From the human T2T-CHM13v2.0 reference genome, Homo sapiens: DNA of 64,000 nt. Shown piece by piece: positions 1-13,751 of the stretch (position 1 is the stretch's first letter; each line of letters opens with the position of its first letter). The notes beneath the pieces are model-generated. The model saw nothing but the letters and a program-made list of their open reading frames with translations, had not been told where the DNA came from and did not search any database. The stretch lies in NCBI RefSeq assembly GCF_009914755.1, contig NC_060925.1; one strand, given 5' to 3'. A program made the translations under genes and the position numbers.

Positions 1-135
1 TGAGAACTCACTATCATGAGAACAGCATGGGGGAACTGCCCCCATCATTAAATTACCTCTTGCTGTGTCCCTCCCATGACATATGGGAATTATGGAAACT
101 ACAATTGAAGATGAGATTTGGGTGGGGGTGGGGCC
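1..135 (-). mobile_element. MaLR LTR fragment (THE1/MST type), cut by the window edge
   Basis: gagaactcactatcatgagaacagcatggg...gatgagatttgggtgggg is the reverse complement of the MaLR LTR start; similar to the THE1 LTRs at 33945 and 35871. Confidence 0.85.
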
Positions 136-3100
136 ACTTATTGTTATAAACTTTCCTCTTAATACTTTTGCTGCATTCCATGTTTTTGTCTTGCAATCTA
201 TTTTGTCTGATATGAGTATAGCTACTCTTGCTCTTTTTTGGTTTCCATCACCACAGAATATCTTTTTCCATCCCCTTATTTTCAGTCTATATGTGTCTTT
301 TTAGGTGAAATGGGTTTCTTGTGTGCAACAGATCATCGAATCCTCTTTTTTTCATCCATTCTGATACTCTGTCTTTTTACTGGAGAGTTTAGTCCATTTA
401 CATTCAATATTATTATTGATAAGTAAGGACTTACTTCTGCCTTTTAAAAAATTTGTTTTCTGGTTGTTTTGTGGACTTCTCTTTCTTTTTTCCTTCTTTT
501 CTGTCTTCCTTTTAGTGAAGATGATTTTCTCTGGTGGTATGATGTAATTTCCTGCTTTTTATTTTTGGTGTATACATTGTATTTTTTTTATTATAGGTTG
601 CCATGAGGCTTGCAAATACTGTCTTATATCCCATTATTTTAAGTTGATAACATCTTAACACTGTTTGCATAAATAAACAAGCAAAAAGAAAACTAATAGA
701 AACTCTGTTTTTTAACTTTGTGCCCTGCTTTTTAACTTCGTGTTGTCTCTATTTATATCTTATTGCACTACGTATTGAAAAGTTGTAGTTATTATTTTTG
801 ATTGGTTCATCTTTTAGTCTTCTACTTAAGATAAGACTTGTTTACATACCACAGTTACAGTGTTATCATACTGTGTTTTTCTGTGTACTTACTACTACCA
901 GTGAGTTTTGTGCTTTCAGATGGTTTCTTACTATTCATAATGTCCCTTTCTTTCTGGATGAAGTGTTCCCTTTAGCATTTCTTATAGGACAGGCCTGGTG
1001 TTGATGAAATCCCTCAGCTTTTGTTTCTCTGGGAAAGTCTTTACATCTCTTCATGTTTGAAGGATACTTTTGCCAGATATACTATTCTAGGGTAAAAGTT
1101 GTTTTCCTTCAGCACTTTAAATATGTCATGCCACTCTCTTCTGGCCTGTAAGGTTTTCACTGAAAAGTCTGCTGCCAGACATATTGGAGCTCCACTGTAT
1201 ATCATTTGTTTCTTTCCTCTTGCAGCTTTTAGGTTCCTTTCTTTATCCTTGACCTTTGGGAGTTTGATTATTAAATGCCTTGAGATAGTCTTCTTTGAGT
1301 TAAATCTGCTTGGTGTTCTATAACTTTTTTGTACTTTGATATTAATACGTTTCTCTAGGCTTGAAAATTTCTCTATTCTTATCCCTTTGAATAAATGTCC
1401 TACTCTTATCTCTTTCTCTACCTCTTAAGGCCAATAACTCTCAGATTTGCCCTTTTGAAGCTATTTTCTAGATCTTGTAGGTGTGCTTTGCTTTTTGTTA
1501 TTCTTTTTCTCCTCTGACTGTGTATTTTCAAGTAGGCTGTCTGCAAGCTCACTAATTCTTTCTTTTGCTTGATCTATTCTTCTGTTAAAAGATTCTGATA
1601 CATTCTTCATTGTCAACTGCATTTTTCAACTCCAGAATTTCTTCCTAATTCTTTTTAATTATTTCTATATCTTGGTTAAATTTATCTGACAGAATTCTGA
1701 ATTCCTTCTTTGTGTTTTCTGTAATTTCTTTGGGATTCCTCAAAACAGGTATTTTGAAAACTTTTCCTGAAAGGTCACATATCTCTGTTTCTCCAGAATC
1801 AGTCCCTGGTAACTTACTTAGTTCATTTTGTAAAACCATGTTTTCATGGATGGTCTGGATGCTTGTGGATGTTTGCCAATTTCTGGAAATTGAAGAGTTA
1901 GGTATTTATTGAAGTCTTTGCATTCTGGGCTTGTTTGTGCCTGTCCTTGGGAAGGCTTTTGAGATATTCAAAAGGACTTGGGTGGTGTAACCTAAGCCAT
2001 GTCTGCATTAAGGGGGACCCCAAATCCACTAATACTGTAGTTATTGCAGACTCATAGAGGTACCACCTTGGTGGTCTTGGATAAGATCTGGAAGATTCTC
2101 TGGATTACCTGTTCTCTTTTCTTATTTTCTCCCAAACAAACAGGGCCTCTCTCTTTCCATGCTGAGCTGTCTGGAGCTGGGATTAAGGTGACACAAGCAC
2201 CTCCATGGCCACCATCACTACTGTGCTGGGTCAGGCCTGAAGCCATCACAGCACTAGGTCTCGCCCAAGGCTCACTGTAATGACTACCTTTCTACTGCCT
2301 ATGTTTGGTGAAGGCTCTAGGGCTCTACAATCAGCAGGTGATGACTCCAGCCAGGCTTGTGTCCTTCTCTTCAGGGAAGCAAGTTTTCGACACCCTTGGT
2401 AGGTATAGAGATGGCATCTAGGAGTCAGGGACTGGAGTTGAAAACCTTAGGAATCTACTTGGTATTCTATTGTCCTGCAGCTGAGCTGACACTCAAACCA
2501 CAAGACCCAGTCCTTCCCATTCTTCTCTCCCCTTTCCATAGGCAGAGGAGCTTCATTCCACGGCTACCACCACCACAGGCCCACAGTGAGTCCTGCCAGG
2601 CTACCACCAATGTTCACTAAAGGCACAAGGACTCTTCAGTTAGCTTGTGGTGAATGCCGCCAGGCCTGGGACTCACTTTTCAGGGAAGTGGGCTCCACTC
2701 TGGTCCAGGGAATGTCCAGAAATGCCATCCAAGAGCCAAGGCCTGGAAATAGGGACCCCCAAGAGCCTGCTTGATGGTTTGCCCCTGTGGTTGAGCTGGT
2801 ATGTAAGGTACAAGACAAAGTCCCCTTTACTTTTCCTTCTGCTTTTCTCCAGCAGGAGGAGTCATTCCATAGCCACAACAACTGGGAATGTGCTGGGTCT
2901 CACTTGAAGCCAGCATGTCTCAGAATCTTACCCAAGGCCCAGAGTGTACTACCTGGGTCTCACTACTGATTATTCAGGGCCCAAGCCTCTTTAGTCAGCA
3001 GGTGATGAGGTACTGCTGGAACTGGGTCCTTCTCTTCAAGGCAGCAGTTTCCCTTCTGGCCCAGGGTATGTCTAGAAATGTCATCCAGGAGCTAGAGCCT

Positions 3101-3885
3101 CGAGTGGGGGCTTCACAATTCTGACTGGTACCCTATCTTACTGTAGCTGAACTTGTATCCAAGATGCAAGACAAAGTCCTTATTACTCTTGCCCTTCTTC
3201 TCCTCAAGCAAAAGCAAGAGGTCTCTTTTGGAGCCACGAGCTGTGCTGTCTGAGGTTTGGGGAGGGGTAGCACAAGCCCTGGCTGCCCTGGCTGATGTCC
3301 CAGTAGGTCACATGCCCCCCAGTTCCACGGGCTCTGAGCCCAGCTCAGAACTAGGACTTGCCTTGGAGTTGCAGTCCTTGTGGCCCAGATTACATTTCAA
3401 GTTTATTTAGGCCTCAAAGCACTTTAGCCTGTGGTGGCAAAGCTTGCTGGAACTCAAATTCCAACTACTGGGATGGGTGATTCCCATCTGGTGAGGGCTC
3501 CTCAAACTGCTTCCTCTATAGGTGGGCATCTGCTGAGTTCAGCCTTATTTTGCTTTTCGCTGTGACAGGGGAGCACTGAGGTCAATGCAAAGTCTCACAG
3601 TTGCTGCATTCTCCCTCTCCCAAGCACACAGATTCTCTCTCTGCCTCATGTGGCCACTGCCAGGGTATGGGGTAGTGGTGTCAGCAATTCAAGACTGTCT
3701 TTCCTATTGTCTTTGGTGCCTCTGTCAGCAGTAGGAAGTTAAAACCAGGTACTGTGAGTGTTCACCTAGTTTTTGGTTCTCACGAAGATGCTTTTATTGT
3801 GTAGATAGTGTTAAATTTGGTGCTTCTGTAGGAGGGACAATCAGTGGAGATGTCTATTCAACTATCTTGCTCCTCCCCTCTTTCC
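136..3885 (-). mobile_element. Old L1 (L1MA-type) 5' portion: 5'UTR, ORF1 and start of ORF2, degenerate
   Basis: Minus ORF 1645-1839 gives an ORF1-like peptide (EICDLS..FKI.VLR..KEI.ENT.KEFRILSDKFN). Homologous along its length to 19150-24557. 5' terminus ctatcttgctcctcccc near 3880. Confidence 0.85.
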
Positions 3886-3892
3886 AGATCTA

Positions 3893-4175
3893 ATTTTTAA
3901 TTTTTTATTGCTATACTATGGTTGTACACATTTGGGGGTGCATGTAATATTTTGACACATGTATATAATGTGTAATTATTCAATCATTGTAATTGGGATA
4001 TCTATCACCTTAAACATTTATCTTTGTGTTGAAAACATTACAGTTCTCTTCTAGCTATTTGGAAATATACAATAAATTATAGCTAACTATCAAATACCAG
4101 AAATTACTCCTTCTATCAATCGTATTTTTGTATCCCTTAACCAACTTCTGTTCATCAGTCTCCCCCTACTTCCCT
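3893..4175 (-). mobile_element. L1MA (about L1MA6-8) 3' end fragment
   Basis: T-rich tail followed by typical L1MA 3'UTR antisense (gtacacatttgggggtgcatg...ctagctatttggaaatatacaataaatt). Confidence 0.75.
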
Positions 4176-4257
4176 TGCAATGTAATTTCTGACATTCCTG
4201 ACTGTCATATCTAATCACTTCTAATCAGAATAACAATGACATTAAAAATGTCATTTA

Positions 4258-4559
<302 letters not shown>

Positions 4560-5818
4560 TCAGATTTAGAGTTACTAGTGAACCTTTTCAAAGAATCTAA
4601 GTATATATTCTAGATGTGGCACAGAGTGAGAAGTCTCCTTATGTGCTTTATATTAAGATTCTGTCAGTTGATGAATAAATATATGATATTTGTATTACTA
4701 TAAATATGTCCTATATGTACACTACTATGATTAATGATGACTGTTAAAGCTATTTATTGTATGTGCAAAAAAACTTTTTAATATTTAAATAATAGGAAAA
4801 TTGTTTCACAGTTAATATAAATATCAATAGTGCATTATTTAGAGAACATTAAGAAAAACATAATTTTTCTGCCAACAAACATCTAATAAAATTAAATAAT
4901 TGTACATGTCAACATACAAATACCTGTAGCATTTCTATACAACAATATCAAACTAGCTGAAAAGGAAGTCAAGAAACCATTTACAATTGCAACAAAAAAA
5001 TAAAATACCTAGGAATAAATGTAACTAAGGAGGTGAAAGACATCTATAAGAAAAATTACAAAACACATTGATGGAAGAAATTGATGACACAAAGAATTGG
5101 AAAAACATCCCAAGCTCATGAATTGGAAGAATTAATATTGTCAAAATCACCATACTGCACAAAGTAATCTAAAGATTCAGTGAAACCCGAGCAATAAATA
5201 TCAGTGATATTCTTCACAGAAATAGCAACAACAATCTAAAATTCACATGGAACTAAAAAAGAGCCCTAGTAGCCAAAGCAATCCTGAGCAAAAAGAACAA
5301 AGCTTGAGGCATCATGTTATCTGATTTCAAAATATAATACAAGGCTATAGTAACAAAAACAGCATGGTGTTGGTATAAAAATAGACCTGTGGAAGAGAAT
5401 AGAGAACCCAGAAATAAAGCCACATATTTGCAGCTAACTCATCTTTGACAAAGCTGACAAGAATTTACACTGGGGAAAAGACATCCTCTTTACTAAATGG
5501 TGCTGGGTAAACTGGATTGCCACATGCAGAAGAATGAAACTGAATACCTATCTCTCACCATATTAAAGAATCAACTCAAAATGGATTAAAGACTTAAATG
5601 TAAGACCAAAATCTATAAAAATACTAAAAGAAAATCTAGGGAAAAGTCTCCTGGATATTGGCCTAGGCAAAGAATTTGTAACCTCAAAGAACCTCAAAGT
5701 ACAGGCAGCAAAAACAAAAATAGACAAATGGGATTTAATCTAACTAAAAAGCTTCTACACAGCAAAAGAAAAAATCAACGGAGTGAAGAGACAACTTGTA
5801 GAATGAGAGATAATATTA

Positions 5819-6324
<506 letters not shown>

Positions 6325-6439
6325 TCAGAGAAATGCAAATCAAAACCACAATGAGATATTATCTCACCCACTTTAAATGACTATTATTAAAAAGTCAAAA
6401 AATAACAGATGTTGGCAAGGATGCAGAGAAAAGGGAACT

Positions 6440-6780
<341 letters not shown>

Positions 6781-7007
6781 TAGCCATTATAAAAAACATT
6801 ATAAAGGTTTCTTAAAAAATTAAAAATAGAGCTACCATATGATACAGCAATCCCACTACTGGGTATTTATCCAAAAGAAAGGAAATCAGTATATCAAAGG
6901 GATACTGGCACCTCCATATTTATTACAGCACTGTTCATGATAGCAAAGAGATAGAATCAACCTAAGAGACCACCAACAGATGAATAAATGAATAAATAAT
7001 ATGTGGT

Positions 7008-7329
<322 letters not shown>

Positions 7330-7829
7330 CTATATGTACACAATGGAATATTATTCAGCCATAAAAAGAATGAAATCCTGTCCTTTACAGCAACACTGAA
7401 TGGAACTGGTGTTCATTATGTGAAGTGAAATGAGCCAGGCACAGAAAGATAAATGTTGCATGTTCTCACTCATAGGTGGAAACTAAGAAGTTGAACTCAT
7501 GGAAGTAGAGAGTAGAACAATAGTTACTACACATTGGAAAAGGTCCGGGAGAAGAATATAGGGAGGTTGGTTAATGGGCACAAATACACAGTTAGACAGA
7601 AGGAATAAGTTCTAGTGTTCCATAGCACAGTAGGGTGAGAACACTTAACAATAATTTCTTGTATATTTCAAAATAGCTAAAAGAGAAGATTTAAAATGTT
7701 CCCAACCCAAAGAAATGATAAATGTTTGAGGTGAGGGATATCCTAAATACCCTGATTTGACGATTACACATTGTATGCATGTATCAAAATATCACATGTA
7801 TCCCATAAATATGTATAATTGTTATGTAT

Positions 7830-8543
7830 TGTGATGGTTAATATTTGGTGTCAACTGGATTGGATTGAAGGATGCCTAGATAGCTGGTAAAGTATTGTTT
7901 CTGGGTGTGTCTATAAAGGTATTGCCAGAGGAGACTGACATTTGAGTCAGTGGACTGGGAGAGGGAGACACACTCTCAATGTGGGTGGGCACCATCCAAT
8001 CTGGCTGCCAGAATGGCTAGAACACAGCAGGCGGAAGAAGGTGGGATATAAGCTGGCTTGCTGAGCCTTCTGGCTTTCATCTTTCTCCCCTGCTGGATGC
8101 TTCCTTCCATTCCTCCTGCCCTTGGACATTAGATTCCAGGTTCTTTGGCCTTTGGACTCTTGGACTTAACACCAGTGGTTTGCCAGGGTCTCTCAGGCCT
8201 TCAGCCACAGACTGAAGGCTGCACTATTGGCTTCCCTGCTTTTGAGGCTTTTGGACTCAGACTGAACCACTACTGATGTCTTTCTTCCCCAGCTTGCAGA
8301 CGGCCTATCGTGAGACTTTGCCTTGTGATCATGTGAGTCAATTCTACTTAACCCATTTATGCCTGAGGTTGCAATTTTTTTGTGTGAAAAATCAGACCTT
8401 GGTGATGACCTTGTGCTCAAGGATATAAATAACTCCCACATGCTTAGCATTCCAATAATGGAACATTAGGCATATGTAAACTCCCTTCCAGATATACATA
8501 TATCCTATTAGTTCTGTCCCTCTGGAGAACCCTGGCTAATGTA
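7830..8543 (+). mobile_element. MLT2A (HERV-L) solo LTR, probably MLT2A2, containing a MER85
   Basis: Starts tgtgatggttaat...ggattgaaggatgcctagatagctgg and ends ctggagaaccctggctaatgta; 5-bp TSD TGTAT at 7825-7829 and 8544-8548. Confidence 0.88.
8352..8476 (-). mobile_element. MER85 piggyBac (PGBD3-derived) MITE
   Basis: TTAA followed by CCCATTTATGCCTGAGGTTGCAA; internal palindrome TTCCAATAATGGAA; the other TIR is damaged. Confidence 0.9.
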
Positions 8544-9381
8544 TGTATCAATAAAAGTGTTGCTTGTTAAAAATTAATTATACGACACAGAGTAATAGAT
8601 TAGATATCAAAGTGATAACTTTTACAGAATTTTTTATATGCTGGCATTCATTGTATTAAACATAATGAGCTCTAATAGCTGTATTTTACTTAATTTAGGC
8701 TACTATGCTTTTAGAAACTAGTTCTACAGGGATTCATCAAAGCAGAATGGAAAAGAGAATGTCAAATATTATCACCTCAAAATTTGACAAAGGAAAAACT
8801 TCCAAATCATATGTCACAATCATGATAAATTGTCATCAATCTGAATATAATACATTATTATAATATGTATAAAGAAATAAAGAAATTATTAAGGAAAAAT
8901 GAAGCCACAGCTGAATAGCTAGCTCTTCCTCTCACCTCAGTTGAAAGTGAGGGTTTATAGAGTATCGTAAATAAGTGGTATAGCAATCATAAAAGCAATC
9001 AAGCAGCTGGCAGTGCTAATAAATTCCTGTTTCTGCATGAGAATATAAAACTTTTAAAATTTGAATATTAAACTTTCATAATATATTTGTAATAATTATT
9101 AAACTATTTTGGGTGAAACTTCTAATTTTCTTCCTGCAGTGCATTTCATGATACTATTGTAAACCTCATCTTCTACTTTGAGAAAATACTATGCTTTAAT
9201 ACTTGGCCATCTGCTATTAGGACAAAATGTATATTTGGTGTACCTCTAGAGACCTTTTACTAAATGGTCACCTCTAACTTTAAACTTCAAGCTTTTCCAG
9301 GCATAGTTCATTCTACTTCCAGGGCCACCTTGCCACTGGTATAAATTCTCTTTCCACGGCTCAAAATTTATATCAAGATTC

Positions 9382-10603
9382 TTATTTATTTATATATTTA
9401 ATGGGTACAACATGGTGCTTGGATGTACATATACACAGTGAAATAACTACTACAGTCAAACAAATGTAAATATTCATCACTTTCCATAGTTACCTATGTG
9501 TGCTAAGAGCACCTAAAATCTATTCTGTTAGCAAATTTTCAGTATACAATACAATATTATTAACCATAGTCTCCATACTGTATTTTAGAGCTCTAGACTT
9601 ATCATCCAATTTAACTGCAAATTTGTACCCTTTGACATACCTCTATTTCCTCCCCCTCCTTACCCCTGGTAACCACTGTTCTACTCTCTGTTTTTATTTA
9701 AAACTCCTAGAAGAAAACATGGGAAGAGCTCTTTGATACTGGTCTTGGAAATGACTTTTGGCCATCACCCCAAAAGCACAGTGACAAAAGCAAAAATAAA
9801 CAAGTAGGATTACATCAAACTAAAAAGATTCTGCATAGCGAAAGAAATAACAAAATGAAAAGGCAGCCTGCAGACAGGGAGAAAATATTTGCAAACCATA
9901 TATCTAACAAAGGGTTAATATCCAAACATATAAGGGACTCACACACCTCAATAGCAAAAAACCCTCAATAATTCAATTTAAAAATGGGCAAAGGAATGAA
10001 GTAGACATTTTTCCAAAGAGGGCATATGAATGGCCAACAGTTATATGAAAAGGTACTCAGTATCACTAGTCTTCAGGGAACTGCAAATCAAAACCACAAT
10101 GAGATTATCACTTCACCCCTGTTAGGATGGCCATTATAAAAAAGTCAAGGAATAAGTGTTGGAGAGAATATGGAGAACAGAGAACCCTTAGACACTATTG
10201 GTGTGAATGTAAATTGGTATAGCCGTTATGAAAAAAAACATAGATTTTCCTCAAAAAATTAAAACTAGAACTACTATATGACCAGGCAATCCCTATGCTG
10301 GGTATATATACCCAAACAAAAGGAAATCAGCACTTTGTAGAAATATCAGTGCTTCCACATTCACTGCAGCATTATTTATGATGGACAAGAAATGGAATCA
10401 ACTTATGTGCCCATTAATGGATGAATGGATAGAGTAAATGTGATATATATACACAATGGTATATTATTCGGGCTTCAAAAAGAGGGAGGTCCTGCCATTT
10501 GTAACAACACGGAGAACCTGGTAGACATTATGCTAACTGAAATAAGGCAGGCAAAGAAAGACAAATACTGCATGATCTTACTTATATGTGGCATCTAAAA
10601 AAC
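9382..10603. mobile_element. 5'-inverted L1 (about L1MA9/L1MB): 3'UTR on minus 9382-9697, upstream part on plus 9698-10603
   Basis: The two pieces are adjacent in L1 consensus order but on opposite strands; flanking repeat TCAAGATTC at 9373-9381 and 10604-10612. Confidence 0.8.
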
Positions 10604-11087
10604 TCAAGATTCCCTTTAAAAGTCCTCTTCAATGCTCCCCACATCTGTGTTGACTGAAAATGTATCAAGTTGATCCTGAAATAACTCCTTCACTGCTTCC
10701 CAATGTGCAGGCAATAAAAATTAGGTATCAACTCACCTGCACGGTGTTTTTTCTATATCATCTTTATCCTCTCACTCACAACACACCCATTTTATAAAGT
10801 ATTGTTTTCATCCTTGACACCACACCAAACCAATGAACACTGCCAAAAACTTCAGCTTCTTGTAAATATGTGATAGATCTTTCTGGAAGATCTTCAGAGC
10901 ATTTTCTAAAAGGTGAAAGAATGGGATACAATACATGTTCCTTCAGTTCCTAAGACCCTGAAGAGAAGGAACCAAGTCAGAAAACTCATGGGCTCACCTG
11001 CAGATGCATATGCATATGCAAAATGCAACTCTGGTGAGTCCAAAATAGTCCACTCAATGGCTTCTGTTCATGCAGCACCCCGAGCCA

Positions 11088-11240
11088 CAGGCTGAAACCA
11101 GGGTGAGGCAAGTGAGGTACTCACCTTGAGCATAAAATGTAAGGGGGACATCAACAACTTGGTAACCAACATAAATAATATTTTAGTGTAATATTTTGAA
11201 AAATCAAAATTATTGCCCCCCAAATCATGATGAACAGTTC
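11088..11240 (+). mobile_element. MER96B-like hAT DNA transposon fragment
   Basis: cagggtgaggcaagtgagg...ataaataatattttagtgtaatattttgaaaaatcaaaatt...catgatgaaca matches the recalled MER96B consensus. Confidence 0.7.
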
Positions 11241-12399
11241 ATGAAGGAATTGATGAAACTAATAAATAGAATTAGACATAAATAAACATGAATTAATAAC
11301 CAATTCAGTAACCAATTTACGGGGATTAATGATTCTAAATTGTAAATTGCGGGTTGTAGGATAGGAAATGAGGACTGAAAAGAAAAAAAACACTAGGATT
11401 TCAAGCCTGCCTGAAAATAACATCATTATCGAGAGAATGGCCATCCAGTTTGGGAGTAAATTGACAGTTCAGTTCCAGACCTATAATGAAAAATAAAAGT
11501 AGCACTTAGAGAATTTTATATTGAAAGGAAGAAGAAAAACAGGATGTAATATGAGGGGGCACCAACTACCAGCAAAATCGATTTCATGTTATAGAGTGTT
11601 TTAAAGTCAATTAGTGATGATAGGTTATAATGGAGGGATGAAACACCCAAAGGAAGACAAAGAGAAAGGAAATAAGAGAGGTATTGTCACATAGTCACAG
11701 ACAAAGAAATAATAGGAGGAAGAAATATGGGTGGGGTTGCACTGAATGCACTCCACTTTCGCCAAGTAGGAGGGTAATAATCCAAGGGTGGATGCAGTGA
11801 GAAGGGCAGGGTCATAGCTTGAGTACAGCAAGAAATCATGACCCAGCCCTGTGGAATAAACAGAGGAATCATAAAAAAATGCATAAGCTTTTTGGAATAA
11901 ACAGAGGACTCCTGAAAATTGCATAAGTCTTGGAAAGTAGATGAACTGCAAGAAAAAAAAGATGAAGAAAAAAACAAGGAATTTATATTACAATCCACCA
12001 CCACCACCACCACAAAATGGCCAAAATGTTTTGTTTTTGTGGTCTGGGCTCTATAAAAGTTGTTTTCCTCCTACTCCTTTCTTCTCCCCTCTTCCACTGT
12101 TTCCAATCCTTTCTTAGAAGGTACTGTGTGATAGCAATCAGAACAGAGGGCAGTATATGCCAAGGGGTTGCGGGCGACTTTCCCTGTTGCTGTTTTCTGT
12201 GGCTGTGCTTTCCTATTTTAGACATTGACCACCATCCATCAATGCTGATTTGCTTCCGGGTAGCCACTGATGACCTGGTGCATTTTGTTACAATGCTGCT
12301 CTGGTTATGATTCCCACAGTTCCCATCTTGTTGTATGCAACTGCTTATCATAAGTCCTTCTCTGAGATCCCCAGTTCTCTCCACTCCGAATAAATAAAC

Positions 12400-12690
12400 A
12401 TTTATTTCCCCATGAAGTATCACATCTTTTATGTCCAATTTAGGTAATCCAACCTGTAAGCAATCATATCTCTTTTGATACATAAAAAGGAGCCTTACTT
12501 TTTAAAAAGATCTGGTCTCTTCTGTCTATGACCAAATTCCCCAAGACAAGGAAGTCTGAGTGAGGGATATTTGAATTAAACCACTCTGTCATACAACCTG
12601 AGCTTTCCTCATGCCTGTGAGCAATGTTAAGGGTGGCCTTCATCTTTTTATGTAGGTTATAAATGTAGGCATCCAGGAGCCTCATGAAGT
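12400..12690 (-). mobile_element. Probable ancient Gypsy-type LTR retrotransposon integrase C-terminal remnant (MamGypsy-like)
   Basis: Overlapping frameshifted ORFs 12464-12685 and 11983-12483 give YIYNLHKKMKATLNIAH...WFN...F..GNLV...LKSKAPFYV followed by LQVGLP....VILH, resembling the GPY/F module. Confidence 0.45.
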
Positions 12691-12761
12691 CAAGACTCCC
12701 TCCTCCCTAGCTTGAATTCACATTTGACCGTCCTTTGGCTAACTCATGCTCTCTCTCTCTC

Positions 12762-13578
12762 TTTTTTTTTAACTTTTGTTTTAGGTTTAGGGGCACAAGT
12801 GCAGGTTTACTGTATAGGTAAACTTGTGTCATGGAGGTTTGTTGTACAGATTATTTTGTCACCCAGGTACTAAGCCTAGTACCCAGTAGTTATTTTTTTC
12901 TGCTCCTCTCCCTCCTCCCAACTTCCACCCTGAAGTAAACCTGTTTCTGTTGTTCCCCTCTTTGTGTCAATGTGTTCTCCTATTTCACTCCCAATTATAA
13001 GTGAGAACATGCAGCATTTCATTTTCTGTTCCTGTGTTAGTTTGCTAATGATAATGGCCTACAGCTCCACCCATATTCTTGCAAAAGACATGATCTTGGT
13101 TTTATGGCTGCATAGTGTTTCATGGTATATATATCACATTTTCTTCCAATCTGTCATTGACGGGCATTTAGGTTGATTCCATGTCTTTGCTACTGTGAAT
13201 AGCGCTGCAATGAACATTCACATGCGTGTGTCTTTATGGTATTAATAAAGACATATTATTAAATATACATGGCATATAATAAAGCCATATACGGCATTTA
13301 TGGGCATATACGCAGGAATGGGATTGCTGGGTCAAATAGTAGTTCTGTTTTTAGCTGTTTGAGGAATCACCACACTGCTTTCCACAATGGTTGAAATAAT
13401 TTACATTCCCACCAACAGTGTATAAGCACTCCCTTTTCTCCACAATCTTGCCAGCATCTGTTGTTTTTTGATGTTTTAGTAATGACCATTCTGACTGGTG
13501 TGAAATAGTATCTCATTGTGGATTTGATTTGCATTTCTCCAATAATCAGTGATACTGAGCTTTTCTTTATATGCTTGG
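12762..13578 (-). mobile_element. L1PA13-16-type 3' fragment
   Basis: Poly-T then gtgcaggtttactgtataggtaaac...gtcacccaggtactaagcctagtaccc; ORF 13367-13582 is the L1 ORF2 C-terminus (CWQDCGEKG..HCWWECK). Confidence 0.9.
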
Positions 13579-13751
13579 GCAAATTTATTCTCAGTTTCCA
13601 TCAATCTCTATTGGCATTTACCCCAAGGGACTAAATGGTCTGTCTTGGTACCCCAAAGTTCCCTGCAAAATATCTAAATCAGATCCCACTACAACTCCTG
13701 ATACAAAAAATACTTTAAGCAACAACCAAAGTCTAATGGGAAAATGAATGT

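Noticed and set aside
2290-3200. Repeated few-hundred-bp units that look like an array
   Set aside because: Internal repeats of the L1M 5'UTR, also present in the paralog at about 22550-23110; not CRISPR-like
11110-11130. Minus-strand donor AAG|GTGAGTA
   Set aside because: Lies within the MER96B-like element and has no clear acceptor partner
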